Positions 47,265 to 62,133 of a DNA stretch of 64,000 nt are shown here, one piece after another. Under the pieces are notes generated by a model that searched no databases, was not told the DNA's origin, and was given only the letters and a program-made list of their open reading frames with translations. The position numbers were made by a program, and so were the translations under genes. Source of the DNA: Tubiluchus corallicola (lineage: Eukaryota; Animalia; Priapulida); the NCBI GenBank assembly GCA_030141605.1, contig JAQGDQ010000981.1, positions 1 to 64,000 on the forward strand, written 5' to 3'. Positions within the stretch are counted from its first letter, which is position 1. The number at the start of each line of letters is the position of its first letter.

Positions 47265-50200
47265 TAGTTATATATTTTTGCAAATCACTTCATATTGCTA
47301 CAAAGTGTCACAATTACTGGCAATCGAATACGTAGTGCTACTTTAATCTATAGCTATTATTAGCTAAAGAAGTTGAAAAAACCGCCAGTATCGCCGACCT
47401 TTCAGTTACCTCTATTTATAGGTTTTAGCGCATCACTGCCAAAAATCACATAATCCAAACGTTGGACGTACATTCAAAGTATTTGCACTGTCTAATTCTT
47501 CTGTCGGGTGTTCATAGTCTGATGGCACTTTGCATTAGCAAATGACTATATTTCCGCTGCTAAAACACTGGCATCACACTCCTTTTTCTGTTTCCTCTCA
47601 CAGCATATGTACTGAGATGTACTTATCTAAGAACCGAATTAGGCAGCCAAACATGAGTGAAAAATGAATCGTTTTTGTATTCAGTACTAAACTCTCTTCA
47701 AACTACGTAGTGACCGTTAAGTCTTTCAGTTGCCCAGTTGAATTTCTTGGACTAATATATAGCTCATCACTTCAAAGAGGTGATTTAATGACATTGAAGT
47801 TAGTGGGTAATTTTGCAAATTTATTTGGCCAGGCTATCGAATTTGGATTTGCGTAATGATTATCACATGTAACCAACGGTGGTAGATTTAGCAATTATCA
47901 TCAGGCAGTTTGCTGTCTATAGCACATTTGTAATGAGTTTCCTGCAAAAGTTATTCTAGTTAGTTAATGGAAAGGTTTACTTTACGATCGCATAAAAGAG
48001 TTAACGGCTGCTGCAAAAATTTTAAATTGAAATGCAATATCAGCATGCATTCTCTTGTAATGGAAGCTCATATTGCCAAGCCTCCATGCGTATTATGAAA
48101 GTCAAGTTCAGACGTCCGTTGAAGCTTAAAAGGTCTTAAAAATCCCATGAGTCAAAGGAATTTAATTTTCAGAATATCACTGGAGGTACGGGAATTTCGA
48201 TAGAATGCGTTACTTAGACCGACTCTATACGTTTGTTCCATTTTTGCGCTCAAGTTTCACATTCCTTTTTGTTGCAAGCAATAGTGTTCAGAAATTAGTT
48301 AGTATTTTGCAGCGCTGCAAAAACTGGTGTTTGGTCTAATTTATTTTAGTATGTTTAGTATGGCAACTTAACTAGAGCGGGTGAGAAATCACCTTCTTCT
48401 AATTGTTTCCTCACAATATTTTACTTTTAATTTGAAATCACTGTACACATAAGTATATTTTAAGCCATTTTTACAATACGCAGCTTGATTTATGCCAGTA
48501 CTCAAAATCATTATTTACATCATGTAAACGGTACTGATAGCTAAGGATCTAAATGTCACATTTATCACACTCTATGACTTAGAGCGCACAAGTAACATGA
48601 ATGATCAGTTAATGGAAGTAAAATTGCACTCACAGAATCACAATTTACATTGAAGCAAGTACGGCCGACATAGGACTGTCAGAACACTGTGTATAGGTGA
48701 AAAATAAACATAGGTAATGACATTTGCTTTTATTGCAACATAAACAATGGTTATGGTCAATAGGATAAATGAATAAAGTAACTTGCATTTTATCGCACCC
48801 TGCTACTTTTTCCACCTACTTCTTACAGAGAGCTAGAGTAATAACTAGATTGTGCCTCCTCGCAGAGTACGGTAACGGTGAATTTATGACTGTTCAAGCA
48901 GTGTCCAGAAAACATGAACTTGATAATTTTAGTAAAACTTGAGAAACCTATTGACCAGTAAAAATTCACATGTTCGATCAGTTTGTTTAATGTTCTACCG
49001 CTTACTCTACTCTGACTGGAATACCAAATTTTTTATTTGTTTGCGTCAACGGAAATACATTATTTACAACGGGCAATTTGACAAAGTTCGCAAAACAAAT
49101 ACACCCGATCTATTATTATGTAAAGAGACAGTTATGTGCACGGTTAACCTTCACCTTTACAGTTTTAGAGAAAGAATCACTACTGACGCTTTAATTTAGT
49201 ACGTTAATTATTTTGTATTCTGCCTTTTTATTTCTATTTAATTAATTTTGTAATTGTTACTGCGCTCACCCTAAATGCAAAGAGGCCTACGGTTTTTACG
49301 GTTCGCTTGGTTCTATGAATGAGCCGAATGGGCGAAACAGTGGCAATACGACAAAGTAAACGTTTTAATTGTTTTATGGAAGTATTCAAGTTCCATGGAT
49401 TAGTGTAAGAAGCTTTGAATAATTGCTTTCCACTTTTCACTGTATATAGGTCCTTAGTATATTTTTAGCATTAAATTTAGTGTTACACGATGCAGTTTCC
49501 ACTATTCTGTAAAACTGCCTCCAAATGATCTTCCTGGGCTATAATTTGGCAATCCCAATTTTTTTCAGCAGGAAATTTTATTGATATTTGACAAAGTTCG
49601 TAAAATGTCATTCGTTTGCCGAAACCTCCTTTTTTGATAATGTTTGTCATACTGCAAGTCATAATCCAACTCGCAGAGACAAGGCTTTTTAATACAATCG
49701 ATTGGTTATGGTGGGATCGGAGTCTAGCTCACCACCAAAGGCAGTTCTAGAGCAACACGCTGAATTGCCACACAGAGGTAAACAGTCACGTTCAGATGTG
49801 AATGTAACGAAGTCGATGGTACTTAATTTCGTGGTCTCTGACCATGACGGTTACTTCCCGACTACAATTTTATTAAATTCGTGAGATTTTGACATTCGTG
49901 AGTGTCAGATTTTCTGCAACAACCTAAAGTAAAGCGGGATAAATAAAACAAATAAGAACGGGTATACCAAATAAGTTGTGAAAACAGAATTTTGCATATC
50001 AGTCTGCAATACGCCATATAAATAAACATGTGTTTTACAGATATCTTCCCCAAAAATTACCACGTGGTTATCCAATTTACCTTACACCACATAATTGTCT
50101 GTCAAAGCGAGTTGAATTTTATACTACTTACCAATAACGTAAGAAAATCCATCCAGTCGAACAACACATTTGTTTCTCTGCCAAGTTGTCATGTCTAAAG

Positions 50201-51797
50201 TCTTGCCAGGCATCTCGCTTTTTTTAATTTGTTTATTTGCAACTTTTTTCTTTGAATCACTGCCACTGTCAGCGTAGTTTTCCATGTCTCACGTAGGCCC
50301 TGTATGAACAAGGTCTAAAAACGAAAGCCCAGGGACCTATTTGTTAAGCGCATTGCGGTTTAACCGTTTTAATACAGTTGTGAAAGCAACCAAATATCCA
50401 CATTTTGTAGTACACACTGGCTGCTATTTACCGTGCAAGTAAACGAACGATTGTTCTACACTTTCGATAACAATGATTCGGTGACATTATGTTACCCCTA
50501 CGTACACATTTAGTGTTTAAAGCACGTCAGCCTCATAATAGAAACACGAAAATATTCACGATTAACGAGGCAAACATTCTTGCCTGCTCTGTTACTCTGG
50601 TTTTCGTTTTCACATGCTTGAATATAACTACAGTATTGTAACTTCATTCCGGAATGTGGCGAAGGGCTGAGATTCAGCCCACGGGTAACGCAACACTCGC
50701 AAAACAATTTAGATTTTTAGAGCATCTTTGTCGGAAAGCCTCAAGTTGAAAAACATGATTGCTGACATTTTAGAAGCCAGCGTAATTGCGTTACAGTTAT
50801 CCGTTAGAAACATGACCGAAATTCTGTAAAATAACGTTGACCTGCGTTTGAGTCTTTCAACACTGTAAGTGAGCTGTAATAGTGATGAGTCGATGTTCCT
50901 AACGCCAAATACAACAAACAACAAACTAGATAAAGTTATTCTAAATATGATTTTTACATAGACGTTGGCTGTAACTTCAAGTCAACGATGAGTTATGAAA
51001 TTTCGTACAAACAACCATCGAGGCATAAGGACACGTGTATGCAATTACTGAGTAGGATAACCACGAAATTTAATATGATACAAATCGCTATTTAAATTTC
51101 ATAAAATCGGCATAAGAATGAAAAAGGAATGAAATATTTTGCACAAATGTATGCGTTTTTTTAAAATCACGGCAATTTAGCCATCATATATACTTTGTGC
51201 TTGATACAGTTAAATTATTAAGTTTAGAATGCACTAATAGTATAGAGAGTACAGGCTTAGAGAGTATAGGCTTGTATCCGATCTGATTATTTGCATTTTA
51301 TCTGGATACAAGGCCTACTGCAGGGTTTAGAAATGCCAGGTTCCTCCAGCATAGAAGCCGCATTGTAACAAATAAAGCTGGTGAAAGTGTAAGCTAATAT
51401 CTCCATTCAGCTTACCACGCGACCTTAATTAGCAACAGAACAGAGAATAAAACCGCAATGCAAACGTGGTAGCGTGCCTTTTATGCCGTATTTTGGTCTC
51501 ATGAAACTCAAGTTTAGTTCGTGCAAAGTGCAAGCGCGTATAAACTAATAAGTTTGACGTTATAAAAGGAAATGATGTAAAATTTATGACATTTAATACA
51601 TAATATTTCGAAATTTTGCGCAGATCAAGTTATTGAGCGCCGTTTGGAAGTGGGAAATCAACAGTAACGTGCCACAATCAATTTTGACTTTTGTAGTCGA
51701 GCGGCTTTATCGTATTTACAGTACCAGCTCATGTTGCATTTTTGATTGCAATGCAAATATGCAGTGGAAGCTTTACGAATCACCAAAGTCGTAATTA

Positions 51798-51897
51798 GTT
51801 GTTGTTGTTGTTGTTGTTGTTGTGTTGCTCTTGCTGTTGCTGCTACGGTTGCTGTTGCTATTGTTGATGCTGCTATCGCTGCTGCTGTTGCTGTTGC
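51798..51897. repeat. (GTT)n/(GCT)n trinucleotide tract
   Basis: Direct reading. Confidence 0.85.
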
Positions 51898-54667
51898 GAG
51901 TGATAGTGGTGAACACTACTACGATATCCTCAAATTGTAAATACCCTTGTAATACTGGCAAACTACAGTTTTTTTAAAAACTTAGTTGTTAAAAGGTTTT
52001 AGGATGAAATGAAAACTCATGTCTAGATAAACGCACAGGATACTAAAATGTCACCTGTAGCCAAAGTCAAGTTGACAAAAGATTAACGTGCAAAATTAAA
52101 AGTATGAAGATAAAACGCCCAAGTATGTCTGTTAACTGGCCTGTGTTATGACAGGCTGCAATGTATATATTGGTAGAGAACCGAACAGGCCGAACAGCTG
52201 TTTTTTAGTTTCTGCCTTCCCCAAATCCATCAGTTAGTTAATAAAGTCCTTTCCAAGTCAGGCAATGCAAAATCATGCTATATTTAATCAACTGCAATTT
52301 GCAATCTGCAATATTTATGCAATCTGGTATGAAGCTGAAGTCAAATTGGCAGAAGTGACCCACAGCTCGATATGCAATTTTGTAAAACCGTATAAAAGAT
52401 GATATGGTAAAATTTTAATACATTAATTTTGTACACTTTGTTGATGATGTAAAAATGGATGAAAAGGTTTTTTTGTTTTGAGAAAACAACCAGGACTTCA
52501 ATAGTGTTACTGTGCCTGGTCTTTGCTACAAAGTGTTAATGTGGAAAAGGCCCACAAAGCATATTGATCATCTCTCAGTAGAAGATAGTGGTGACTGAAA
52601 GAGAGAACGCAGTCATTCTGGAATGCGAATTAGTGCTTGAGCTTTAGGCGTATAGGTGGAAGTTTAGGGCTGACAAACTTATTTAAAATTTGCAGATAAG
52701 AAGATTTGTTGCAGTAGCTTTGCCAAGAGCTCAAGTTAATACTTTGCCAGTGTTTCATATTCTTGAAAGCATACATATACATGTATTACATAGAGCAGAA
52801 TTGACATCTAACACAATGTCAATCATTTTCATTGACTGCGCAATCAGCGTGCAAGTTATTTCACACACACCTGCAGCAGGTACGTTTGGGATATTTTGCT
52901 ACAACTCCGTCTAGCGGGATAAATATTGGCCTTGTTCTAGATTTTATTATTGTCCATCGAAATTGCAAGTAAATTAGTGTAAATATATAGTCTAGTTTCG
53001 TTTATAGGAAGAAATACACAATGCTTACGTCCATGAGTTGATGATTAAACCATTTTGCAATCAAGAAAATACTCAGTTTAGAGTTTAGTTTAGTTTGGCA
53101 AGTAGATAACTGGTTTTGCAAGTTAGATAAAAACAACTATTTGATTAACTTTAAATAAAGACAAAACAAAATGTTTTCTTTTCTGGCCAGTTTTTATAAA
53201 CCTCAATGAGAACTTCACAGTCAAAATTAATTCAAACGTGGTCAAAACTTATATTATACAGCAATGTAATATTAGCTAATTTTACGCAATTTTTCTGGTT
53301 ATAATCAAGGTTAAAAGATACCATTGGGACTTATGTGATTCGGGCATGCAATATAAGGGTCGTCTATGGAATGGAACGGTCAAATTTATGCCACTTCCGT
53401 AACCTAACAAACGGAAAAATACAAAAACTTAATGAATCTTGCAGACGCACGATCAATTAATATAGAAAAATACATCGCAGGCTTGATGTTCGTATGTTTA
53501 AAGGCAAGAGAAACAATATTTTTGTCGCTCATTTAATATAAAGGATGAAACTTCGTCTCTATATTCTGTTTAAATTTTTTGGCTACTTGAAGTGTTAATT
53601 TCGTGTTAAAATAGCTGCTGCTCTGCAAATTTGTGTTTATAAAACGAGCAATCAGTTTATCTGCTGATTAGACATTAGTTGTGACTGTCATGTTGTTTAG
53701 TTTAGTTTAGCTTAGACAGTTTTTGTCTTGCGTGAGCTGTTGTCCCGAATGCTGGTGAGCGTGTTTACGATAGACCAATACGTTTGATTGTCAATTGTCA
53801 ATGTCAATTGTCACTAATGCCCTTTGAATAAAATTATTTCATTTTATGTATCTTTCTTATGTACGTATGTATATATACCCCAGTGTATGTTTGATTTGTT
53901 ACTATATATACTTATTATTATTTATTCAGGTGATTGAGTACCTGGGAAGATTAGCACTATTACACATACTTAGTTATGGATAGGTCTTCTAGGTTATTAG
54001 TTACGTTGTGCCACCTCTAATAGCTGGTGCACAGATCAATGAATTTGTATTTGAAAAATTTCAGTTTCTTGTAAAAATTTTCACCTGTGAGCACAGTACT
54101 GCAAAAATAGATAGTGGAGAGATTCAATTGACACAAGTCTTTTTCATTTACTACATGTCCCTGAATTATGCTGCAAATCCGTGCAATCCAATGATAGTGT
54201 CGAAGGATTAGCATTTAGCAGCCAGTATAAAATTCAATTAACTGAGATTTTTTCTGAGCAGGAAATGAATATGCACTAAGGATCTTACCGCGCGTGACGG
54301 CTGCAGAGTCTCACTTAATTAAATCAAATCTCGTCGATCCTATGAGAAGAAAACGCAAACTATATCATATTCTGCGCTTGCTTAAAAGGGCAGCTGCCGC
54401 CAATTTATTCATTAAAATAGCTGATCATTTAACATAGCTTGCCAATTAAATCATGAATCTTCGATAAAGGGCTTTATAAATCAGCCTGCAACTGACACGT
54501 GCATTCAATACGTCACCTTAAAATGTTCAGACATTGATAAATGCATCGAATTACCGCTAGTGTAGGAGATTACAGAGAGAAACACTGTATGCATGCAATG
54601 GATGGGGAGGTAGGAAGGGGTATGAGAGGAAAAGAGCATGAGGATGAGGGGATCCTTGCCCAGAGTG

Positions 54668-54672
54668 AGAGA

Positions 54673-54755
<83 letters not shown>
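54668..54755. repeat. (AG)n microsatellite
   Basis: Direct reading. Confidence 0.95.
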
Positions 54756-54757
<2 letters not shown>

Positions 54758-55231
54758 TATTTGGAAGACTTAGTGCCTGAAACGAATCCAAATAGATCAC
54801 GAAATTTTATCTGTGTAGTTAAAGTTTATCTATGTGATCAAAGTTAGGTATATTATCTTGACTACCGAAATGCCAAAGGTCAGTTTTTAAACCATTTTTT
54901 AAATTATAAACTAATTTTCAATTCAGTTATAAACCGTCACATGTAAAACTTGGACGCAAGTTCAAAATGCTTTAATCCTCTGCAGTTAATCTTTGCTTGG
55001 AGAATAAGTGTATATTTAGGAACACCACATAGTCGTTGAAATTTCGACTTCATGGGACTTGGCTCTTTTTATCTCGCAAAATTTAGGCAATCACAATAGA
55101 ATCCTTCACGCTCATAAGCATGAACCACACACTTCACCAATAGGTTTTATCGCATTAAAATTCGAACGTTAATTTCGCTCAGACCAAACCTCATAAAGGA
55201 ATGACGCTAGATGTCAAATAACTTTTGATAA

Positions 55232-56152
55232 GGGAGACAGGCCATTTGGGAGCGGCTTCTTGGCGCGAGACATTTGGACACCATTGCTGACGTACACTGT
55301 TAATGCGCTGCTGTGTATATGACTCAATCACTGTGCTGCGCCATAAATAACCGCTGTCCAACAAGTTTAAATTATAGGAATCCTCTTTCCATAGCCACTA
55401 GATAACCTTTAAAAATCTAAAGTTTTCGTAAGGAAAGAAATAATTATTTTCGTGAATATTATCGTGTAATAAAAACAGGAAACAACTGTAACTCTAGCGT
55501 GTGTAAAAACACTGTTGTTGAACGCGTAATTATCAAGCATTTTGGAAGAGATACGTCAAAAAAGTACAATAATTACTCCTAATCTTGATAATGATAATCA
55601 TATTAACATGAAGCAGTAATCTGGCTAATTATTCGATCTGGTTGTTTTTCAGTTGACAGCTAATATGAAAGCAATTGCACAATGCAATTTACGTCGGTTT
55701 CGTCTAATTATACCACTCACTCAAATTGACATAATGAGTAGCTGAATTGCTGTATTAGTTGTACTGACGCTAAATTTTAATGAGCATAATTTTTGTAACT
55801 CACATTTCTGTTTATTTATTATTTTTGTATTGCTTTTTGAAACAAAGTGTTGTCATATTTAAAAAAATAATCAAAAATTCCTCTGCTTTGTTCATTTTAA
55901 AAATCACACGCGTTACTAAAAGTGGAAACTTGAACATGCAGTGTCACTGACTGATTTTAAAAATATTTACTGCACATGTTTAATTTGCGATTTTAAAAAT
56001 ATGGACAGAGTTAGGAATTTAAACTACTGAATCCTTAAAAATTAAAAAACAAAAATAAAAAACCAGGTGCAACTGTAAGTTTTATTGATGCCCAAAAGTC
56101 TCGTGCCCAAGTTTCTCCGTGTCCAAATGTCACGTGCCCAAATGTCAAGTCG
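55232..56152. mobile_element. Non-autonomous DNA element with inverted arrays of about 15-bp subterminal repeats, containing an inner palindrome (about 55874-56020)
   Basis: Left gacatttggacac/catttggg motifs mirror right gtgtccaaatgtc/gtgcccaaatgtc tandem motifs. Inner arms aaattcctctgctttgttcattttaaaaatc / gattttaaaaatatggacagagttaggaattt. Confidence 0.5.
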
Positions 56153-59100
56153 AGAGGCCTCTTATTAGAACGAAAATAACTAATTCTGGCAAACTATCTA
56201 ATTTTTCTACCATTGTAGAAAAGTTTGGTTCCGGCATGAATTTTATTGGATTATGACTGGTGCTATTATCGCCAATGTCGTTTGGTTGCTGTTGTTGTTG
56301 TCTTCATTTCGGTTGTAGGTGGAGTCGCTATAAGCTGTTGTTGAAAGATTTAATTACCGCAGGTTGAATTACACTGTACTGTAATGGCGTTTCAGTTGCA
56401 ACTTAAGAAGTTTCGTGTTCTTAAATAGAGCGCTTATACCCAGTAAAACAAAGCGTTATTAGCAAGACTAACGACTTTTGTTAAAGCCGGAAGTTTAAGA
56501 CGTTAGCAGGAAGTCAAAGCCGCTTTCAGAAAAGGTAAAAGTTAAAGCGGTTACAGCGAGACAAAGATTTTCAACGATGAAGAGGCTTTGCTGAACTCCA
56601 CTGGGGTATGTTGCTTTATTAGTAGGCAAAAGGGCATTCACGGATACTGGAAAACTGGAAAACCTAAGTGAATCTTTACTATTAGCAAAGTTTCTTAACA
56701 TTACAGGAAACCTTTCTGGAGAAAGTCTTTTTTGGCACTTTGGGCACAGTTTGAAATAACCCCGTAATGAATTATGGGAAGACACTTTCTATGCCGAACA
56801 GACTTATGACTAAAAAACAAGCAAACATCAATGAACGCTTTTATGATCGCCTGAAATCATAAATATCGCTGGTCAATTTGCCAGGTTCAGAGACAAAATA
56901 CATTTGGTAGTGATAGGTTCTCTCGTTATTTTATTCTAATTTTGAACTAATATGCTCCATTTTAAGCTTTTTAAAGAGGTACCATCAGCAATTTAGAAGT
57001 GATCGCGGGTCATTGACGTTAATAGCCAAGAACTTTAATATATGAAAGTGCTCTTATATAAATTCAAAATTAAGCCATTATAAAATTTAAATATTATTTA
57101 ACGATGACGGAACGCAAAGCTATCATTTTTCACGAAATTTAAATGGGAATTATTGCGAAGGCAGGCCATTAAATAAAACAGTAGTTTTACCAACGCATTG
57201 ATTATGCAATGCAAACACGCCTGCCACGTTTACAAAGAAATTTACTTATGATGAAGATTCGAACGAAATTCGAACTGTTATGGTTGCGAAAGATTTATTA
57301 TACCGTTAAATCTGAGATTCTCTAGTTTGACATAGGTCGTAAAACCAAGATTGGAACTTCCTTAACACATTTAATTAAGATGATCAAGTGACAAAGCACC
57401 CGTAATGTCGTATTCCTATAAATTAGAGAGGTAAATGCATTATGCAAAATGGCAAACGCTGTTGACGTACATGAATTGTACTCTGGAGAGCTCATATATG
57501 TGTGAGGTGACATTGAAGAAAGCAAGCGTATTAATGACTTTGAAAGGCATAATTATTCGTCAGTAGTTTCTTAAAAATTGGAAGGTTTATAAGTCGTTTA
57601 TTGCTGCTTGGTTGAAAAAGTTTTTATAAAAACTCAAAAGAGGCGAATGTAAGGCACCCCAGAAAACTAAACTTTAAGCTAAAATAGCAAAATCAAACTG
57701 TGAAAAATAAAACCACGTCTGAATACGGAGTCTTAATATCAATGTAATCCACATTTCGTCTAAATCCAGGTAATTTCAAAATAGGTATCGTGAGTCGTAT
57801 ATTTTTGGACTTGGAAAAGCTTTTTCATGTCCTTGTTGTTGTTCTCACATTTATTCCTATCTTTAAAAGCCATCGCAGGCCACAGCCTTCGTTGCAGCGG
57901 GCTGAAATTCTGCAGGAAGGCACGACGGAGCATTGCATAATTCGTAACAGAGCACGATTTTTCACTTTCTCAATATTGTCCTTAAAATATGCCCATCTAA
58001 ATTTTTACGAAAAAACTCAGATCCGTCACAATACTTCTTATACGCGGTAGTACTTCTTATGAAAACCATTAGCTTTACAAAAAATGAGCATGTAGAACGT
58101 GCCGGACCGAAACACATTAGTAGTTACATTCCAGTTACACGAAAGTTCTCATTACGGTATTTGAGTGAGCAAAGTTGACGCGTTAATACCTCGGTGGTCA
58201 GATGAAATACAAATACATAAATCAAGTCGATTTTGTTGCGTTATTCGGTCCAATAAAGCTATCATATGTGACTTGTGCGTGTTTGAAATGCACATGACAC
58301 AATAACTGAGAACCTATTTACGACTTCCTATTGCCGTGTGTTGGAAATAGATTATTCAATACGTATCACAAACATGACATGTGAAACGACGCACGCATAT
58401 TTGAACTTGCACAATAAATGTAGTCATTTTTTACGGATGCAAATATCGAAAGGTCACATCGTTATCTTTGGTTTTTATTACAGTGATAGTGATACAGTGA
58501 ATGTAATTTGACTGAGGCATGACAATAAAAGCCCTAATGTTGTCACGCAGATGAATGCATTTCTGTATAGGCATGTATAACATTCTATTACTTATTACTG
58601 ACAATCCAATAAGCTGAGACTAACATTACGATTAGTGAATGAAACATCTGTTCATTTTTAAACCTTATAATATTATCATAGCTGCTGGAGATAAGATAAC
58701 GGTCAATTCAGTAACTGGGTTTGATAGTAAACCCGATTTTTCTGCATGTTAATAATTTTTAGGTAGTGTACATCTTGGCACCAAGATGGGAACCCACGAG
58801 GCATCAAATTGGGCATTTTTACCGTTTAGCTTTTCAAAATTTTATTTTGGGAAATATTAAAAAACTGATTTTTAATGAAAATTGGAAATCAAATAGAATC
58901 TTTGAAATTTTTTTAGAGAACAATTGAGCTATTTCTAGTAACTGCATAAAAATGTAGGATAATCGAAAACGAACGTTTTTGCTTCTGATAACACCAGAAA
59001 AGAAATCCCGTCAAGATTGTTGTTCACTTTTTAACTGTAAAGCACTTTTAACACAATTCAGTGAAATTAGCAACCATTACAATGAAAATAGAGAAACAGT

Positions 59101-61910
59101 CATCACGGCAAAACTACCAGCATTGCAAAGCGCCATCTGCTGACAACTTCATTAAATTTTAATAGACTCATAATTTCAACAATTAAGCTTTTGAACATTT
59201 CACATAGATACTGGTACTAATAAATTTCGCACACACTTAAAACAAGTTCTTTCAGTCACTGATAAATTACTGGAACACGACAGTATCGGTTGCCGCATAT
59301 CAGGTTTGAGAAAATTAATTATTGTTCGGGAAAATTTTAACGTCGAAACAGACACGTGCGACATACCAACAAAACACTGATAAGAAAATCCCGATGGCTG
59401 CCTATACGCAACATAGCTGGGCACATCCATACGCGTGCATTATGTCAATACACATATACCAGGCTTGGCTAATCAATGAACCTGTCATTTTCTTTCACCT
59501 GATGATTAGTCAGCACTCAATCGAGCTTAGAATAGACCTGCATCTGATAGTTCAGGCCTAATCCTGAGAGATACTACAGAGGAGTTAAATGGTGAACGTG
59601 CGTGTTTCGATAGAAAGCGAATCTGTTAATAGAGGAACGGATGTATGTGCCTGCTTTAAAATGAATGTTTTGAAAGCGCTAAGATGAAAATGTACAACTA
59701 TATGACAACCCAATAAAATGTCGATCATGACATCAAGAATGAGTTTAACCACGATGATGGCCGCTGACATTAAGAGATGATGATGATGATAATTACTGCT
59801 TTCAATAATAAATAGCAGAGTTTTTTTAGCTCTGTATCTGTAGTTTATACTCTGAAGCAGTTACTTTTTAATTATTTGGTACAAAATATCTTTCAATTGG
59901 CGCATTTGTGTGGTAGTTTACTTGTTTGATTTTAATTTGGCGTGCTTTTGGCAAATCACTTATAGTGGTTGGTGGCATAGTTTCTAGCATTGCCCTTTTA
60001 ATGAACTGGCTGGCACGAATTAGGTCTAAATGAATAAGGCATTTCGTAGGACGCTGAAGGGATCCAGCAGTTATATTCAAGTATTCAATGCTATGCAAAC
60101 TTATCAGTTTATTTTTTATCTGTCTATGTTTCTGTTCTAAAGACTTACATTTTTTTTCTGTGCAACATCTTGCCGAAATGTAATAGTTCGAATGTCGTTC
60201 ACATTTTATATTTTTTGCCAGTTGATCTGACAAAGAATTAAACGACATCTAATTGACTTATAATTATTTCTTGTCGACGCTGACAACTTGCGATTTCCTC
60301 AGAGTGATAATGTTGCCCAATGAACTGATTTCGACGCTGTTCTTCCCACTTCACTTCATCAAGAATCATTAGTATTTTCCACGTACACAATTCATGAAAA
60401 ATTCCTTCAGCTGATTGTGCAATTTCAGTTTTTGTAGCACAAATCAAATGTTCATTTGAAAGAAGATGTTTGGCAATTGAAATATCCAAAGTAGAATTAT
60501 GGGAATTCGCGTGTTATTAGAGTTTATAGTCCAATACACACAATGCACAAGCTATAACTATAAATTCTTTTGCCATAAAGTTTTATGGTCGCTATTTGAT
60601 GATAACCAAAGCTGATCTTATAATGTTATGGGAAAGAGTGTTTTTAACTTTGTATGAAGTCGTTCAAAATTGAGAAAGATTTTATGTGGTATGTCAGATG
60701 TTTTGAATGCTCAAAATGTAAAATGGCATAGCGATTGTAATTGTATATTTTGGGCACAACGTACTTTTGTGTGTTTGTCAGGCAACCATTGTTCCCCTAT
60801 TTGGTTCCTTTCAGAATCGAGAGTTCGTGTTTCTTTTGGTCGGATTAAAGACTAGTATGTTGCTTCTGTTTCAATATGTAGCGTTGCCACTTTCCTTGTG
60901 ATTTGATTTTCCTAACATGTTGTGCTACAAGGCTTTGTCTAGACTTGAAAGGAGCTGAATATATAAAAAACGCGCGTCGCTTAGGCTTGTCACCCAGTAG
61001 AACAGGATATAGCGAAATTATGTGTTGAAAAGTTGGCTAATCATCAGACGAAAAATGCTAGGTAGCTTACTGTCACGCATGATGACGGTCCCTGCAGTTA
61101 TTTTGACTATGGTTTCCCCAACGAAGTATCTGTCCGTCCACTTTTTCTTGGCCCAGGAGTATTGCCCCAAACAGGTCGATAACTTTCGAATTAGTGTTCC
61201 AGCTGTCCGTTCATTCCCCATTTTGTCTCGGCCCACGGAGTAATCATGCAGAGGTAGGACACCTTTCAAGCTCAGAACCAACTATATAATAATCAGTCCC
61301 GTCTGTCGCCACTCTATGAGTTCTGAAGCAATCTAGAAAGTTGATACCTTGCGTAATGGTAGGGCATTATTCAAATTCGGAGACTATAAATTTTGGGGTC
61401 AGTTGGCACAGATTTCATTTTTTACAAATCGCGTATAACAAAATTCTGTAACTAATACGCCACCGTTCAGGTGACAGCTAAGTGATTTATGATTCATTAG
61501 GCCGGGTATCAGATAACAACAATCACTAACATACATTTCGCGGTTGTCTCTATTTACATTATTTAATTTAAACCCGCAGGATAATGACGTGGCCTGTGAT
61601 TTTTTACAGCCTTCAAGAATGTCTGTGTCAGAATTTAGATATTTACTCAAAGTTTTAAACCCGTTGTCTCGGACACGTTTAAAGTTTTGTTTATTAAAAA
61701 TCGACCTTCCTGCTTTGTGTATATAAAAATCGTATCCTAACATTAACCATATGCTCCACATGGCAGTAGTTACGTTTTCACAGAAATTTTACATCATTTA
61801 ATTGTCAATGCAGAAATTACATCTTTGAGGAAGTATCAAAAGTATGTCGATGTCTTTGGGCAGGTCTGTCTCCCTGCTGCTGTCTAGTTGCTATTCTGAT
61901 AATCTTGTAG

Positions 61911-62070
61911 GTGTTCCATGTAAAGAACATCACGAAGTGTTGGAAAACTTCTAAATTGCTAACATGCCATGTGGAACGAACACACACAAAGCACTTACGA
62001 CTCTTATATGAGGCTTACATCACACGCCCTCTCATCACTGCATTGCTGTTCCTCATCAAGGCTCTAAACC
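61911..62070 (+). mobile_element. Short decayed LINE (I/Jockey-like) ORF2 fragment
   Basis: HVKNI...KLL...TKHLRLLYEAYITRPLI resembles the post-RT 'LxxLYxxYIRPxLxY' segment of non-LTR elements. Confidence 0.45.
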
Positions 62071-62133
62071 AAGAATACCAAGCCGCCAAGACCCCACGCC
62101 GCCAAGAATGCCAAGCCGCCAAGAATGCCAAGC
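62069..62133. repeat. Short minisatellite (ccaagaat/ccaagccg units)
   Basis: Repeated ccaag-anchored 8-9 bp units. Confidence 0.75.

Noticed and set aside
61544-61726. Plus-strand RMSVSEFRYLLKVLNP resembling a Harbinger transposase motif
   Set aside because: Single short motif with no downstream DDE residues or TIRs found.
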